A DNA stretch of 64,000 nt from Candidatus Moraniibacteriota bacterium (GTDB taxonomy: Bacteria > Patescibacteriota > Minisyncoccia > Moranbacterales > GWC2-37-73). Below the pieces are notes generated by a model. That model searched no databases. It was given only the letters and a program-made list of their open reading frames with translations, and was not told where the DNA came from. The position numbers were made by a program, and so were the translations under genes. Within the stretch, counting starts at the first letter, position 1. The number at the start of each line of letters is the position of its first letter. Below are positions 48,727 through 58,577 of this stretch, piece by piece. The stretch covers positions 2,485-66,484 of the forward strand of contig DNVR01000009.1 of assembly GCA_003507445.1 (NCBI GenBank), given 5' to 3'.

Positions 48727-49533
48727 ATGAAAACATCAAATACATCTAAAAAATCAATACTTTCAAAGGCGGGACTTACTGGAACGCAGTCAGAAACATT
48801 CGCCTATCTGCTTGAACATGGGGAAGAAAAAGCCTCTATTGTAGCTAAAGGAGCCAAAATGCCACGCGGAGTGGCCTATAAAGCACTCGAGGAGCTTTTA
48901 GAGCTTGGCTTGGTGGAAAAAATCGAAAAAGGTGGCAAGATAGCCACTTTTCGCCCAGTTCATCCGTCTATTTTGGAAAAATTCTTTGAAAACAAGGAGA
49001 AACAAGCCAAAAAAGACAAAGAACAGTTTTTTGCCTCTTTGCCTGATCTAGTTTCACTATATAACCTTTCAACTCAGCGCCCAGGTGTCACCTATTTTGA
49101 GGGAGATGAGGGAATTGAGCGAATTTTGGAAGATGGGCTGACATCCAACACTGACATTTATATGTATGGCGATGTGGAAACTTCCATGAAACATGCAACT
49201 GAACTTAATGAGCGTTATGGAGAAAAAAGAAAGAAGGCTGGCATCAAAAAAAAGACAATTGTGCCAGACACACCATTTGCGAGAAAATATCTTAAAAACT
49301 ATAACACTGAAATAACAGAGGTGCGCTTTATCCCTAAAGAATTCTTTCCCTTTGCTACAGCTTCAACGCTTGAGATTTATGACGGAAAACTTTCGTACCT
49401 CACCGTTGATGAAAAAACAAAAATCGGCGTGCTACTGCACGACCGAAATATCTTCATGCTTCATAAACAACTTTTTGAATTCACTTGGAGCCATGCAAAA
49501 ACATTTGACCAACTAGAAAAATTGTCATCCTGA
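48727..49533 (+). CDS. TrmB-like HTH transcriptional regulator (paralog of 30923-31669)
   Basis: N-terminal wHTH (ETFAYLLEHGEEKASIVAKGAKMPRGVAYKALEELLELGLVEK). Confidence 0.6.
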   Translation: MKTSNTSKKSILSKAGLTGTQSETFAYLLEHGEEKASIVAKGAKMPRGVAYKALEELLELGLVEKIEKGGKIATFRPVHPSILEKFFENKEKQAKKDKEQFFASLPDLVSLYNLSTQRPGVTYFEGDEGIERILEDGLTSNTDIYMYGDVETSMKHATELNERYGEKRKKAGIKKKTIVPDTPFARKYLKNYNTEITEVRFIPKEFFPFATASTLEIYDGKLSYLTVDEKTKIGVLLHDRNIFMLHKQLFEFTWSHAKTFDQLEKLSS

Positions 49534-49558
49534 ATTTATTTCAGGATCTAGAGTTTTT
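49524..49558 (+). terminator. Hairpin terminator (GTCATCCTGAAtttatTTCAGGATC + TTTTTG); hairpin unit belongs to the TGTCATYCYGAA repeat family
   Basis: Overlaps stop codon of 48727-49533. Confidence 0.5.
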
Positions 49559-52153
49559 GCTCAAATGTTGCAAACATTTTTTGCCTTCCTTGTTTGCCTG
49601 CAGAAATCTGGTAATTACATAGCCATACTCTTTCATTAATTTTTCAGAAAGCTTTAAAAACCTTTCTGTTTCCTGCTCTTTATCAAATAATGCAATAAAC
49701 GATTGTCTGTTTTTAAGTGTTTCTGAACGAGATTTATTGCCTGATTTTATTTCAAGCTGTTGTTTATTATATGCTAACGCAATATCTTCTGGACGATAAC
49801 GCACCCTATATTCGTAAGCTTTATTTTTCTCATCATCACGAACAATATTAACCTCTTCCAATGTTTTGCCTTCAATTTCTGTATACAAGATTTCATCAAT
49901 AATAAATCCCTCGTCTTCAATATATTTGCTGCAGATTACTTTTTTCGGATCAGTAATTGCGTGCACAGGTTTTTCCTGAGCCTTTTTATCAAGAGATTCG
50001 CGCATCATCACTTCTCCAATTGCACTTCCGCGATAATCCGGATCAACATTGAATGAACCGGCATAAAAATGATCGCCTTCATCATCAAATCTACAGAACG
50101 CAACAATTTCGCCATTATGCCTGAGAATATAAAATTGCGAGTTTTCTTTTTGCAACCCTTCTTGCAAACTTTCAATCACAAGTTTTTGCATCTCAACGTT
50201 TGTTGCATAATTTTTTTGTGCAATTGAAACCATTTGAGAAATATCCTTCTCGTTTTCAATGCCTTTACCTGTAGATGTATCAAAAGAAAGACCCTTGAAA
50301 TCCTCAAATAAAATGTCTGAATTTTCCTTGGCAAAAGTTTTTAAAATACTCGTCAGAAAAACTGTATCTATTTTTGATTTTTCAAGTTCTTGCAAAAGAG
50401 CTTGTTCATCTACTTTTTTATTCGTTTTCAATTTTTCTGAAAAACCAAGCAGCAAGTCTTTGCTCTTTTTTAATAAAGACTCAGACGTTTTTTGATGTTG
50501 CTCTTTATCAGTACCTTCAATATTGCCAAGGTAATTATTAATCAAATCCTGAATGTTATTTTCAGCAGTGCTTGCAATTTCATTATATTTTGCAAATATT
50601 GCACTAGCTGTTTCTGGTGAAAGTTTTTCTCCAATTCGTAGAATTTCCTTGCCATGCTCCAGGCCATATTCACAACTCAAAAACGTTTTTAGTCCATCAA
50701 TACCATATATTTTTCCAAATTCCAAAAGTTGTGGATAATCATTTTTAAGATCGAAAGCCGCACTCACAAGCCATTGCTGTTCGCGCCATGACAAATTATG
50801 AATTCCAATTCCTGTCTGCAAAGCAAAATCGTCTGTTACCTTTTTAATATATTTATACCTCGCAATGGAGCGCATACGCAGTGCATATTGAGTATCTTCC
50901 TCGCCTTCAAACCTAGGATTTTCCTTAGTGCAATCCCAATCTTTAATTCTTCCCGCCATTTCTTTTTTATTCAAAAAAGTTCGAGCAGTAATTTCACTTT
51001 CCTCGAGTTGTTTAGTGGACCCTTTTTGAATATAATCTCGCTTTTTTACTTTTTCATCCTCATCCAGCAAATCAATCAAGCAAATAACATCTTCTTCGCC
51101 ACTATTCAGCAAAACCACTCCTGCAGTTTTGCTATCCAATAATACTATTTTTATATCCTCTGTTGGTGTTTCCTTTCCATTGAAAATAAAATTTTCACGA
51201 CCAATATAATATTTAGCGCCATTCAATGAAACTTCTGGCTTATCTTTTGAAACAAATTTTTCAGCTCTCAATAATTTTCCACCTGAACTTTCTGTTTTTG
51301 TTTGAAAATCACTAAGTTTTAAAATTCTATTGTTCAATAAGTGAGGACAGTTATTTAAAAGAAAAGCATGGACTGATTTTTCTAATTCATGGCTACTCCC
51401 GATGTTATCATGAATCCATTCAACACTAATATTAACAAAAGAATCCTTATTTGAATCAAAAACTTTCATTTGATCATTTAGATTTCTATGCGCTTTAAAT
51501 TCTTTAAACAAACGAGTTGCAAAAGCAAATTCTCGCATATCAATCTTCTCTCCCTTTTTTGAAATCATATCATGTTTCCAATTCACCTGCCTTTCACCAG
51601 CGCTGCCAAAAATATCCCAATAATTCAAATAATATTTCTTAGTTTTTATTTTTTCAACATCAAATGCCTCAGCAGCACTTTCGGGAATATTAAATAAGGA
51701 CTTCGCGGACGTATCAATACCATCTTCCAGAGAATCAACATATTCTTTACGAGAAACAACCTGAATATCCCTAAGCGCATCGAAGAGCATGGCCTTAGTT
51801 ATGCTTCTTTTTTTCCCTTTTTCTATTGTAAATGTTTTATTTCTAAATTCATTCTCAAAAAAATCTTTATCTAGAAATTTTTCCAAATCAAATATTTTTT
51901 TACCGCCAGCATAATCAATAACCCCAAGATTTTCTAGCATTTCCAACATTCTTTCCTTATTCCTTTCAATATATTTTTCTTTAGATTCATCTTTATCAAT
52001 TTTTTTTTCCAGTGGTCGTCTAAATTCCAAAATCTTCGCAGATTGTTTTTCTGCAACTCCAACAGGAGCTACCACTGGCTCGTTTTCTTCTGGCTGATAT
52101 GCAAATGCATGCACTTCATTTCTCATAATTTTATTATAGCAAATATTTGTCAT
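49541..52153 (-). CDS. Large hypothetical protein (870 aa) with C-terminal GNAT-like acyltransferase domain
   Basis: C-terminal FYILRHNGEIVAFCRFDDEGDHFYAGSFNVDPDYRGSAIGEVMM (GNAT motif A-like); no RBS seen. Confidence 0.5.
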   Translation of the reverse strand: MTNICYNKIMRNEVHAFAYQPEENEPVVAPVGVAEKQSAKILEFRRPLEKKIDKDESKEKYIERNKERMLEMLENLGVIDYAGGKKIFDLEKFLDKDFFENEFRNKTFTIEKGKKRSITKAMLFDALRDIQVVSRKEYVDSLEDGIDTSAKSLFNIPESAAEAFDVEKIKTKKYYLNYWDIFGSAGERQVNWKHDMISKKGEKIDMREFAFATRLFKEFKAHRNLNDQMKVFDSNKDSFVNISVEWIHDNIGSSHELEKSVHAFLLNNCPHLLNNRILKLSDFQTKTESSGGKLLRAEKFVSKDKPEVSLNGAKYYIGRENFIFNGKETPTEDIKIVLLDSKTAGVVLLNSGEEDVICLIDLLDEDEKVKKRDYIQKGSTKQLEESEITARTFLNKKEMAGRIKDWDCTKENPRFEGEEDTQYALRMRSIARYKYIKKVTDDFALQTGIGIHNLSWREQQWLVSAAFDLKNDYPQLLEFGKIYGIDGLKTFLSCEYGLEHGKEILRIGEKLSPETASAIFAKYNEIASTAENNIQDLINNYLGNIEGTDKEQHQKTSESLLKKSKDLLLGFSEKLKTNKKVDEQALLQELEKSKIDTVFLTSILKTFAKENSDILFEDFKGLSFDTSTGKGIENEKDISQMVSIAQKNYATNVEMQKLVIESLQEGLQKENSQFYILRHNGEIVAFCRFDDEGDHFYAGSFNVDPDYRGSAIGEVMMRESLDKKAQEKPVHAITDPKKVICSKYIEDEGFIIDEILYTEIEGKTLEEVNIVRDDEKNKAYEYRVRYRPEDIALAYNKQQLEIKSGNKSRSETLKNRQSFIALFDKEQETERFLKLSEKLMKEYGYVITRFLQANKEGKKCLQHLSKNSRS

Positions 52154-52232
52154 TTTGTATTTGTATTATTTTAACAGCGCGGTATACTTAAAACATCCTT
52201 TAGAATTTCATTTTATTCAAATATTTATTCCT

Positions 52233-55007
52233 ATGACAAAAGAAAAAAATAACGAAACCCCAGTGAAATCGTCCTCCTCCGTCGGAATTTCACCAGCCTC
52301 GACTGACGCGAGTCTAGGCGGGCGGGGTAAAAAACTTATCCTTATCGATGGCAACGCCATTATTCATAGGGCGTATCATGCGTTGCCGCCGTTTACGACT
52401 AAGAAGGGTGAATTGGTTAATGCGGTATACGGCTTTGCTTCGACACTGCTAAGCGTGATTGCGGAGTTTAAACCGGACTATGTCGTGGCGTCTTTTGATT
52501 TGGCGGGCAAAACTTTTCGCCATGAAAAATTTGAAGAATACAAAGCCACTCGCGTGAAAGGCGACGATGAACTGTATGCTCAGATTCCGAGGGTTAAAGA
52601 AGTGGTCAAAGCTTTTAATATTCCAATTTATGAAATGGCAGGGTTTGAAGCTGACGATGTGATTGGAACAATTGCCACGCAGATTAAGAAAAACAAAGAG
52701 GAAATTGAAACAATTATTGTGACTGGAGATATGGACACCCTGCAATTGGTAAACGACACCACAAGCGTGTACACAATGAGGCGTGGTCTTTCTGATTCGA
52801 TTATGTATGACAGTGAGAAAGTTTTTGCGCGCTATGGTCTTTCTCCAGATCAAATTATTGATTACAAAGCTTTGCGCGGCGATCCTTCTGACAATATTCC
52901 CGGAGTCAAAGGTATTGGAGAAAAAACAGCTGTCACCCTCTTGCAAAAATATCAAACACTTGATGGAGTGTACGAAAACATTGAGGAAATTAAGGGTGCG
53001 GTCAAAGAAAAATTAGTGCGAGACAAAGCGCAAGCATATCTCAGCAAAGATTTGGCCACGATTGCACTTGACGTGCCTGTCACACTTGAGCTGGAAAAAT
53101 CAGTGCTCAAAGACTTTGATCGCGAAACAATTGTAAAACTTTTTTCTGAATTAAATTTTTTCAGCTTAATCAAGCGCTTACCAAAAGATGAAAATGCTAA
53201 CGAAGAAAGTGAAAAAACATCTAACGGAGTTGTTGATTTTAGATACACCATCGCGGATGAAAAAAATGCGGATGAGCTGATTGCAGAATTTTCCAATGCA
53301 TCAGAACTTTCAATTGCAACCGAGATCATCGAGGAAAAGCTAACCGGCATTACAATTTCTTGGAAGACAGGACGCGCCACTTTTTTCCCGACTGCCAGCA
53401 AGGCATTTCCTAAATTAAAAACGATTTTAGAAAATCCGGAAATTACAAAAGTTGGATATGATTTAAAAGCGATTTATAAGCAGCTTTTTGCTGAGTCAAT
53501 TGTGATGGAAGGAATTTCTTTTGATGCAATGCTGGCTGCTTATGTTTTAAACCCAGGCGAAAAACTTGATTTTGAAAAAATGATTTTCTCAGAGCTTGGA
53601 GAAGAAATTACTTTTGAAAAAAAATCCAAAGGACAACTTTCCTTGGTAGCGAATCCAGAGGATGAGCAACTTGCAAAAAATATCGTGTGTCAAAAAGCTG
53701 ATTATTCTTTGAAATTAAAAGCTGCTTTGGAAAAAAGAATCTCGGAAATAAGCGCGAAGCAAAAAGAAGCAGCCCGGGCTGACGGAACACTGCAAACAAT
53801 TTTTTCCGAAATGGAAATGCCTCTTGTAAAAATCTTAGCTCAAATGGAACTGACTGGCATTGAACTAAACACTATTATTTTCAAAGGTATTTCAGAAAAA
53901 ATTACTGGCACATTGAAAAATCTTGAGAAAGCAATTTACGATTTTGCCGGCAAGGAATTTAATATCAATTCCCCATCGCAACTTTCCGAAATTCTTTTTG
54001 TCACGATGAATCTTCCAAGCGCTGATATCAAAAAAACTAAAAAGGGACTTTCCACTGGAGCAGCTGAGCTTGAAAAGCTTAGAGGTTCACACAAAATCAT
54101 TGAGAAAATCGAAGAATATCGAGAACTTTTCAAGTTAAAGACAACTTACCTTGATGCCATCCCAAAACTTGTCGATAAAAGATCTCGCATTCATACAACA
54201 TATAACCAAGCAGTAGCAGCAACGGGGCGACTTTCATCAACTGACCCTAATTTGCAAAATATTCCCATCAAAACAGAACTTGGACAGCTTCTGCGCACTG
54301 CCTTTGTTGCCAAAGAAGGATACAAATTAATCAGCGCTGACTATTCTCAAATCGATTTACGCTGCGTCGCACACGTTTCCAATGACAAAAAACTTATTGA
54401 AGCATTTCACCGAGGCGATGACATTCACAAAATCACTGCAGCTGAAATAAACAAAGTTCCGCTTTCACAAGTCACAGAAAAAATGCGTTCGAGCGCCAAA
54501 GCTCTTAATTTCGGCATCATATATGGAATGAGTTCTTTTGGATTTTCGCAATCCGCTGGAATTTCTCGCGAGGATGCGCAAAAATTCATCAACACGTATA
54601 TGGAAAACTTTTCAAGCGTGGCTTCCTATATGAAAGAAACGCGCGAATTTGCACGAAATAATGGATATGTAGAAACATTACTTGGCAGAAGGCGAAATTT
54701 GCACGAAATAAACTCGCCAAATTTTCAAGTCGCTGCTTCGGCAGAAAGAATGGCCATCAATATGCCTATTCAAGGATTGGCAGCTGACATTGTGAAATTA
54801 GCTATGATTAAAACTGCCGAAGCATTTTCAAGTGATGCCGATGTGCAAATGATTCTGCAGGTGCATGATGAAATTATTCTTGAAGTTAAAACAGACAAAG
54901 CCGAAATTGTAGCAAAGAAGCTCAAAGAAATTATGGAAAATGTTCATCCCCTGCGCGTCCCATTGATTGTCAATGTCAGCATCGGAGACAATTGGGGAGA
55001 AATCTAG
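52233..55007 (+). CDS. polA: DNA polymerase I (5'-3' exonuclease + proofreading-like + polymerase domains)
   Basis: 5' nuclease LILIDGNAIIHRAYHAL; polymerase motifs DYSQIDLR (A), RSSAKALNFGIIYG (B), QVHDEII (C); start at MTKEKNN. Confidence 0.9.
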   Translation: MTKEKNNETPVKSSSSVGISPASTDASLGGRGKKLILIDGNAIIHRAYHALPPFTTKKGELVNAVYGFASTLLSVIAEFKPDYVVASFDLAGKTFRHEKFEEYKATRVKGDDELYAQIPRVKEVVKAFNIPIYEMAGFEADDVIGTIATQIKKNKEEIETIIVTGDMDTLQLVNDTTSVYTMRRGLSDSIMYDSEKVFARYGLSPDQIIDYKALRGDPSDNIPGVKGIGEKTAVTLLQKYQTLDGVYENIEEIKGAVKEKLVRDKAQAYLSKDLATIALDVPVTLELEKSVLKDFDRETIVKLFSELNFFSLIKRLPKDENANEESEKTSNGVVDFRYTIADEKNADELIAEFSNASELSIATEIIEEKLTGITISWKTGRATFFPTASKAFPKLKTILENPEITKVGYDLKAIYKQLFAESIVMEGISFDAMLAAYVLNPGEKLDFEKMIFSELGEEITFEKKSKGQLSLVANPEDEQLAKNIVCQKADYSLKLKAALEKRISEISAKQKEAARADGTLQTIFSEMEMPLVKILAQMELTGIELNTIIFKGISEKITGTLKNLEKAIYDFAGKEFNINSPSQLSEILFVTMNLPSADIKKTKKGLSTGAAELEKLRGSHKIIEKIEEYRELFKLKTTYLDAIPKLVDKRSRIHTTYNQAVAATGRLSSTDPNLQNIPIKTELGQLLRTAFVAKEGYKLISADYSQIDLRCVAHVSNDKKLIEAFHRGDDIHKITAAEINKVPLSQVTEKMRSSAKALNFGIIYGMSSFGFSQSAGISREDAQKFINTYMENFSSVASYMKETREFARNNGYVETLLGRRRNLHEINSPNFQVAASAERMAINMPIQGLAADIVKLAMIKTAEAFSSDADVQMILQVHDEIILEVKTDKAEIVAKKLKEIMENVHPLRVPLIVNVSIGDNWGEI

Positions 55008-55105
55008 AACAGCTTATTAGGCTTTAGCTTTCTAGCTTTTTAGAAAATATAAAGTATCCACCGCCTAATAAGCTAACGCTTAATAAGCTAATAACCTGCC
55101 CATAT

Positions 55106-55957
55106 ATGCCTGAACTCCCAGAAGTACAAACCATTGTGAATGATTTGCAAATATTAACCGGTGATACAATCACCGGTTTTTGGACAGATTTTGAAAAAGC
55201 TATCAAGACAAAAAACTTTAAAGAAGAAATTGTCGGAGAGAAAATAAAAAGTATTCGAAGATTAAGCAAAAATGTTATCATCGAATTGTCCAGCAATAAT
55301 ACTATTATTATTCATTTAAAGATGACGGGAAAACTAACACTAGTCGAAAGTCGAAAGTTGAAAGTTGAAAGTCCAAACGAAAAGCATTTGCATCATATTT
55401 TCTTTTTGAAAAAAAATGGCAATTTAAATTTTTCTGACATACGAAAATTTGCGACACTGGAATTGATAAGTCTTGAGAAGCTTTCTGAAATTGAAAAAAG
55501 CAAAGGGGTTGATCCCTTTTCTAAAGACTTTACTCTCCAAGCTTTTTCCGGAATTATCAGCGAGCATAAAAATAAAACCCGTCACTCACGAGTGACAGGT
55601 AAGAACATTAAGAGTATTTTAATGAATCAATCTGCTATTGCTGGAATTGGAAATATTTATGCCTCTGAAATTCCATATGCTGCCAAATTAAATCCGCTTA
55701 GAAAACTTTCGAGTCTTAATAATAAAGAAATCGAACTTTTACATCGTTCTATTTTAAAAATATTAACAAAGGCCATCAAAATGAGGGGCACTTCAATCAG
55801 CGATTACAGAGATGCAAATGGCGAAAAGGGTAGCTTCCAAAATCAATTAAAAGTATATGGAAAGGCTGGCAAGAAGTGCCACAAATGTGATACAATAATC
55901 GCAAAGGAAATAGTTGAACAGCGAAGCACTTTTTACTGTCCAACTTGCCAAAAATAA
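55106..55957 (+). CDS. mutM: Formamidopyrimidine-DNA glycosylase
   Basis: MPELPEVQTIV (Pro2-Glu3 N-terminus); C-terminal zinc finger CHKC...CPTCQ; in-frame TCGAAAG heptamer array 55343-55377. Confidence 0.85.
   Translation: MPELPEVQTIVNDLQILTGDTITGFWTDFEKAIKTKNFKEEIVGEKIKSIRRLSKNVIIELSSNNTIIIHLKMTGKLTLVESRKLKVESPNEKHLHHIFFLKKNGNLNFSDIRKFATLELISLEKLSEIEKSKGVDPFSKDFTLQAFSGIISEHKNKTRHSRVTGKNIKSILMNQSAIAGIGNIYASEIPYAAKLNPLRKLSSLNNKEIELLHRSILKILTKAIKMRGTSISDYRDANGEKGSFQNQLKVYGKAGKKCHKCDTIIAKEIVEQRSTFYCPTCQK
55343..55377. repeat. Tandem heptamer array (TCGAAAG/TTGAAAG x4-5) inside mutM CDS
   Basis: tcgaaagtcgaaagttgaaagttgaaagtccaaac encodes ESRKLKVESP. Confidence 0.8.
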
Positions 55958-56039
55958 TAAGCTAAAACAAAACCTCACTGTCACGAGTACGCGACATCTC
56001 TCCTTAAAAAGGAGAGAACGATGAGGAAGAAAACTTTTT

Positions 56040-57140
56040 ATGAACAGAAAACAAATAGGCATCATTGTCGCAGTGGCGATGATAATCGTGGGAGCAATTT
56101 TTTATTTCTTAGCAGGAGATAAAAACAAAAATGTTAAACAAATTCAAATAAATGGCACTCCTGAGCAGACAACTCCCGCCAACCCTACAGATGTTAGCCC
56201 TATTACCGGACTTGCTTGCGACAATTGGAACAAGCGCTCTTTTGCCGTGATGCAACCAGCAGACGTTGCAGCCCGACCTTTGGCAGGACTTTCTCAGGCT
56301 GATATGGTAGTGGAAATGGTGGCTGTTTATGGCAGCATCACTCGCTTGATGGGAGTATATGGATGTAACACTCCAGAAGAAGTAGGCTCGCTTCGAAGTG
56401 CTCGCCACGACTTTGTGCATCTTGCCAAGAGTCTTGATTCTATCTATGTTCACTGGGGACGCGCTGACATTGAAGAATTTAAAAATGTTCTAAACAGTGG
56501 AATTATTGATGATATGAATTGCAACAATGATGCTGGAAAATCAGCAGGTCAATATTGTTTCCGCAAAGAAGCTGAAGGTAATATGCGTGGAGTTGACACG
56601 GGTTACGCCAAATTTACCAGTTTACTAGAAGGTGCCAAGACTTTTGGTTATAGTACTGAAAATAAATTTTTGGGTTATCCTCATCAAACCGAAGCAGCTC
56701 TTGATCAACGTCCAAATGGAGGAAATCTTCGTGTTGCATATGCAAAACCATTTGACGTTGAATATGACTACGACAAGACTAGCAACTCATATTTCCGAAC
56801 TTGGGGTGGCGTTGCAGACACTGACCGAAACAACAAACAAAAAATTGCACCAAAAAACGTCGTTGTGATGATTGCTGATGCAGCACCAATCAAGGTTGGC
56901 GAACAATATGCAAACATCCAAATTGGTGATCCTTGGTTTGATCAAAATGATTCAGGCAGCGCTTTTTTCTATATGAACGGACAGCAATATAAAGGGGCCT
57001 GGAAAAAGGACAAAAACAAAATAGACAGCAAGCTCTTTTTCTTTGATGAAACAGGGCAAGAAATAAAATTCGTCCCAGGACAAATTTGGATTGACATCAT
57101 TGATCCCGGTCAGGCACTCCGATGGACACCGGCAGCCTAG
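56040..57140 (+). CDS. DUF3048 domain protein (YerB-like), N-terminally membrane-anchored
   Basis: N-terminal TM; overall resembles YerB/DUF3048 family (PFDVEYDYDKTSNSY...FFYMNGQQYKGAWKKD). Confidence 0.55.
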   Translation: MNRKQIGIIVAVAMIIVGAIFYFLAGDKNKNVKQIQINGTPEQTTPANPTDVSPITGLACDNWNKRSFAVMQPADVAARPLAGLSQADMVVEMVAVYGSITRLMGVYGCNTPEEVGSLRSARHDFVHLAKSLDSIYVHWGRADIEEFKNVLNSGIIDDMNCNNDAGKSAGQYCFRKEAEGNMRGVDTGYAKFTSLLEGAKTFGYSTENKFLGYPHQTEAALDQRPNGGNLRVAYAKPFDVEYDYDKTSNSYFRTWGGVADTDRNNKQKIAPKNVVVMIADAAPIKVGEQYANIQIGDPWFDQNDSGSAFFYMNGQQYKGAWKKDKNKIDSKLFFFDETGQEIKFVPGQIWIDIIDPGQALRWTPAA

Positions 57141-57238
57141 GGTCATAATGTCAAAACCCAAATATCAAATAAAATCTCAATTCTAAAATTTTTAAAATTA
57201 ATGTATTTGAAATTTGTTTGAAATTTTTAATTTGAAAT

Positions 57239-58252
57239 TTGGAATTTATATTAGATATTATGTTTATCTTTTTATATGGCGTTGACAATTTCCGCTCTTT
57301 GGAAAAACTCAGTGACCTTAAAAATAAATATCTTGAAAAGAATGGCTCAGGCACAGACCTGAGCGTTCTTGATTATGGCGAAGGTGCTTCAGTTGAAAAT
57401 CTCGCCAGTGCATTTTCAGCGCAAGGACTTTTCTCAACCAAGCGATTGGTTGTTGTGAAAAATAGTATGCTCAAAGGCTCAACTGAAGTGCAAAAAGGAA
57501 TTCTTGCACTTCTCAAGGCCAATCCTGACACAGAAAAAGATGCTGACACTATTGTTATTTTTTATGAAAATGGTTCTCCAAAGAAAAACGGAGCTTTGTA
57601 CAAATTTCTTTTTAAAACGGCCAAGAGACAAGAATTTGCACCTCTCGAGGGAACTGCCCTTGCCAATTGGGCGCTAACATTTACCAAAACCCTGTCAACA
57701 GAAATATCTTTTACAAAAAATGCGCTCAATATGCTTTTGGCTGCAACTGGCAGCGACCTAAATATTCTTAGCAACGAAATTACCAAGCTCGTGAATTTCA
57801 GAAATTCTGGAGAAATTACTGACGCAGATGTTATCTTGCTAGTAAAATCAAAAGTTGATTCAACAATGTTTGAAACGATTGAAGCGCTTGCCAGTGGAAA
57901 CAAATCGAAAGCACTGGATCTTTTTCATCAGCAACTCACAAAGGGTGAAGATGTTTTTTATATTCTCTCAATGTATACATATCAAATCCGCACCCTGCTA
58001 AAAATCGGTGACTTTTATTGGCAAGACCCGTCGCTCGCGAGCGACAGGTCAAGGCTGACCAGCCCAGCACAAATTGCTCAAGCTTCTGGAATTCATCCCT
58101 ATGTTGTGCAAAAATCTCTTTCTCAAATCAGAAACTTGTCCGAGCAAAAAACCAAACAAATGCTCCGCGACCTGGCTGAAATAGACTTCAACGCTAAAAC
58201 CGGCAAAATCGACCCAGTCCTCGCCCTCGACACTTTTATAGTTTCTTTATAA
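57239..58252 (+). CDS. holA: DNA polymerase III delta subunit
   Basis: N-terminal clamp-loader delta-like fold (FLYGVDNF...LVVVKN); holA-rpsT convergent pairing typical. Confidence 0.7.
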   Translation: MEFILDIMFIFLYGVDNFRSLEKLSDLKNKYLEKNGSGTDLSVLDYGEGASVENLASAFSAQGLFSTKRLVVVKNSMLKGSTEVQKGILALLKANPDTEKDADTIVIFYENGSPKKNGALYKFLFKTAKRQEFAPLEGTALANWALTFTKTLSTEISFTKNALNMLLAATGSDLNILSNEITKLVNFRNSGEITDADVILLVKSKVDSTMFETIEALASGNKSKALDLFHQQLTKGEDVFYILSMYTYQIRTLLKIGDFYWQDPSLASDRSRLTSPAQIAQASGIHPYVVQKSLSQIRNLSEQKTKQMLRDLAEIDFNAKTGKIDPVLALDTFIVSL

Positions 58253-58282
58253 AAAAAACCATCCCAACTTGGATGGTTTTTC
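58251..58282. terminator. Bidirectional terminator (AACCATCCcaacttGGATGGTT flanked by A8/T5)
   Basis: Between convergent holA and rpsT. Confidence 0.65.
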
Positions 58283-58304
58283 CTTTATCTAAAAGAAATA
58301 TTGA

Positions 58305-58577
58305 CTACTTCTTAAGCGCTAATTTCTTCACAGCAGCATTCAGTCTTGATTTCTTGCGAGCTGCGGTGTTCTTTTTGATCACCTTCTTTTGAGCAGCTTT
58401 GTCCAAAGCTTTAATCGCAGCTTTGAGCAACTCTTGAGCTTCCTTGACCTTTCCTGCTGCTATATTTTCCTTTGTATCTTTGATGGCATTTCGGAAAACA
58501 CCTTTTACAACCTTGTTTCGAAGTGTTTTGCGATCAGTCACTCGCATATACTTTTTTGCTGATTTTTTGATTGGCAT
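58305..58577 (-). CDS. rpsT: 30S ribosomal protein S20
   Basis: MPIKKSAKKYMRVTDRKTLRNK... Confidence 0.9.
   Translation of the reverse strand: MPIKKSAKKYMRVTDRKTLRNKVVKGVFRNAIKDTKENIAAGKVKEAQELLKAAIKALDKAAQKKVIKKNTAARKKSRLNAAVKKLALKK

Noticed and set aside
54645-54712. 17-bp direct repeat GAATTTGCACGAAATAA twice inside polA
   Set aside because: In-frame within a conserved polymerase region; probably a small internal duplication without evident function.
10446-57250. CRISPR array interpretation of the short tandem repeats
   Set aside because: Units are 7 bp with no intervening unique spacers and no cas genes; not CRISPR.
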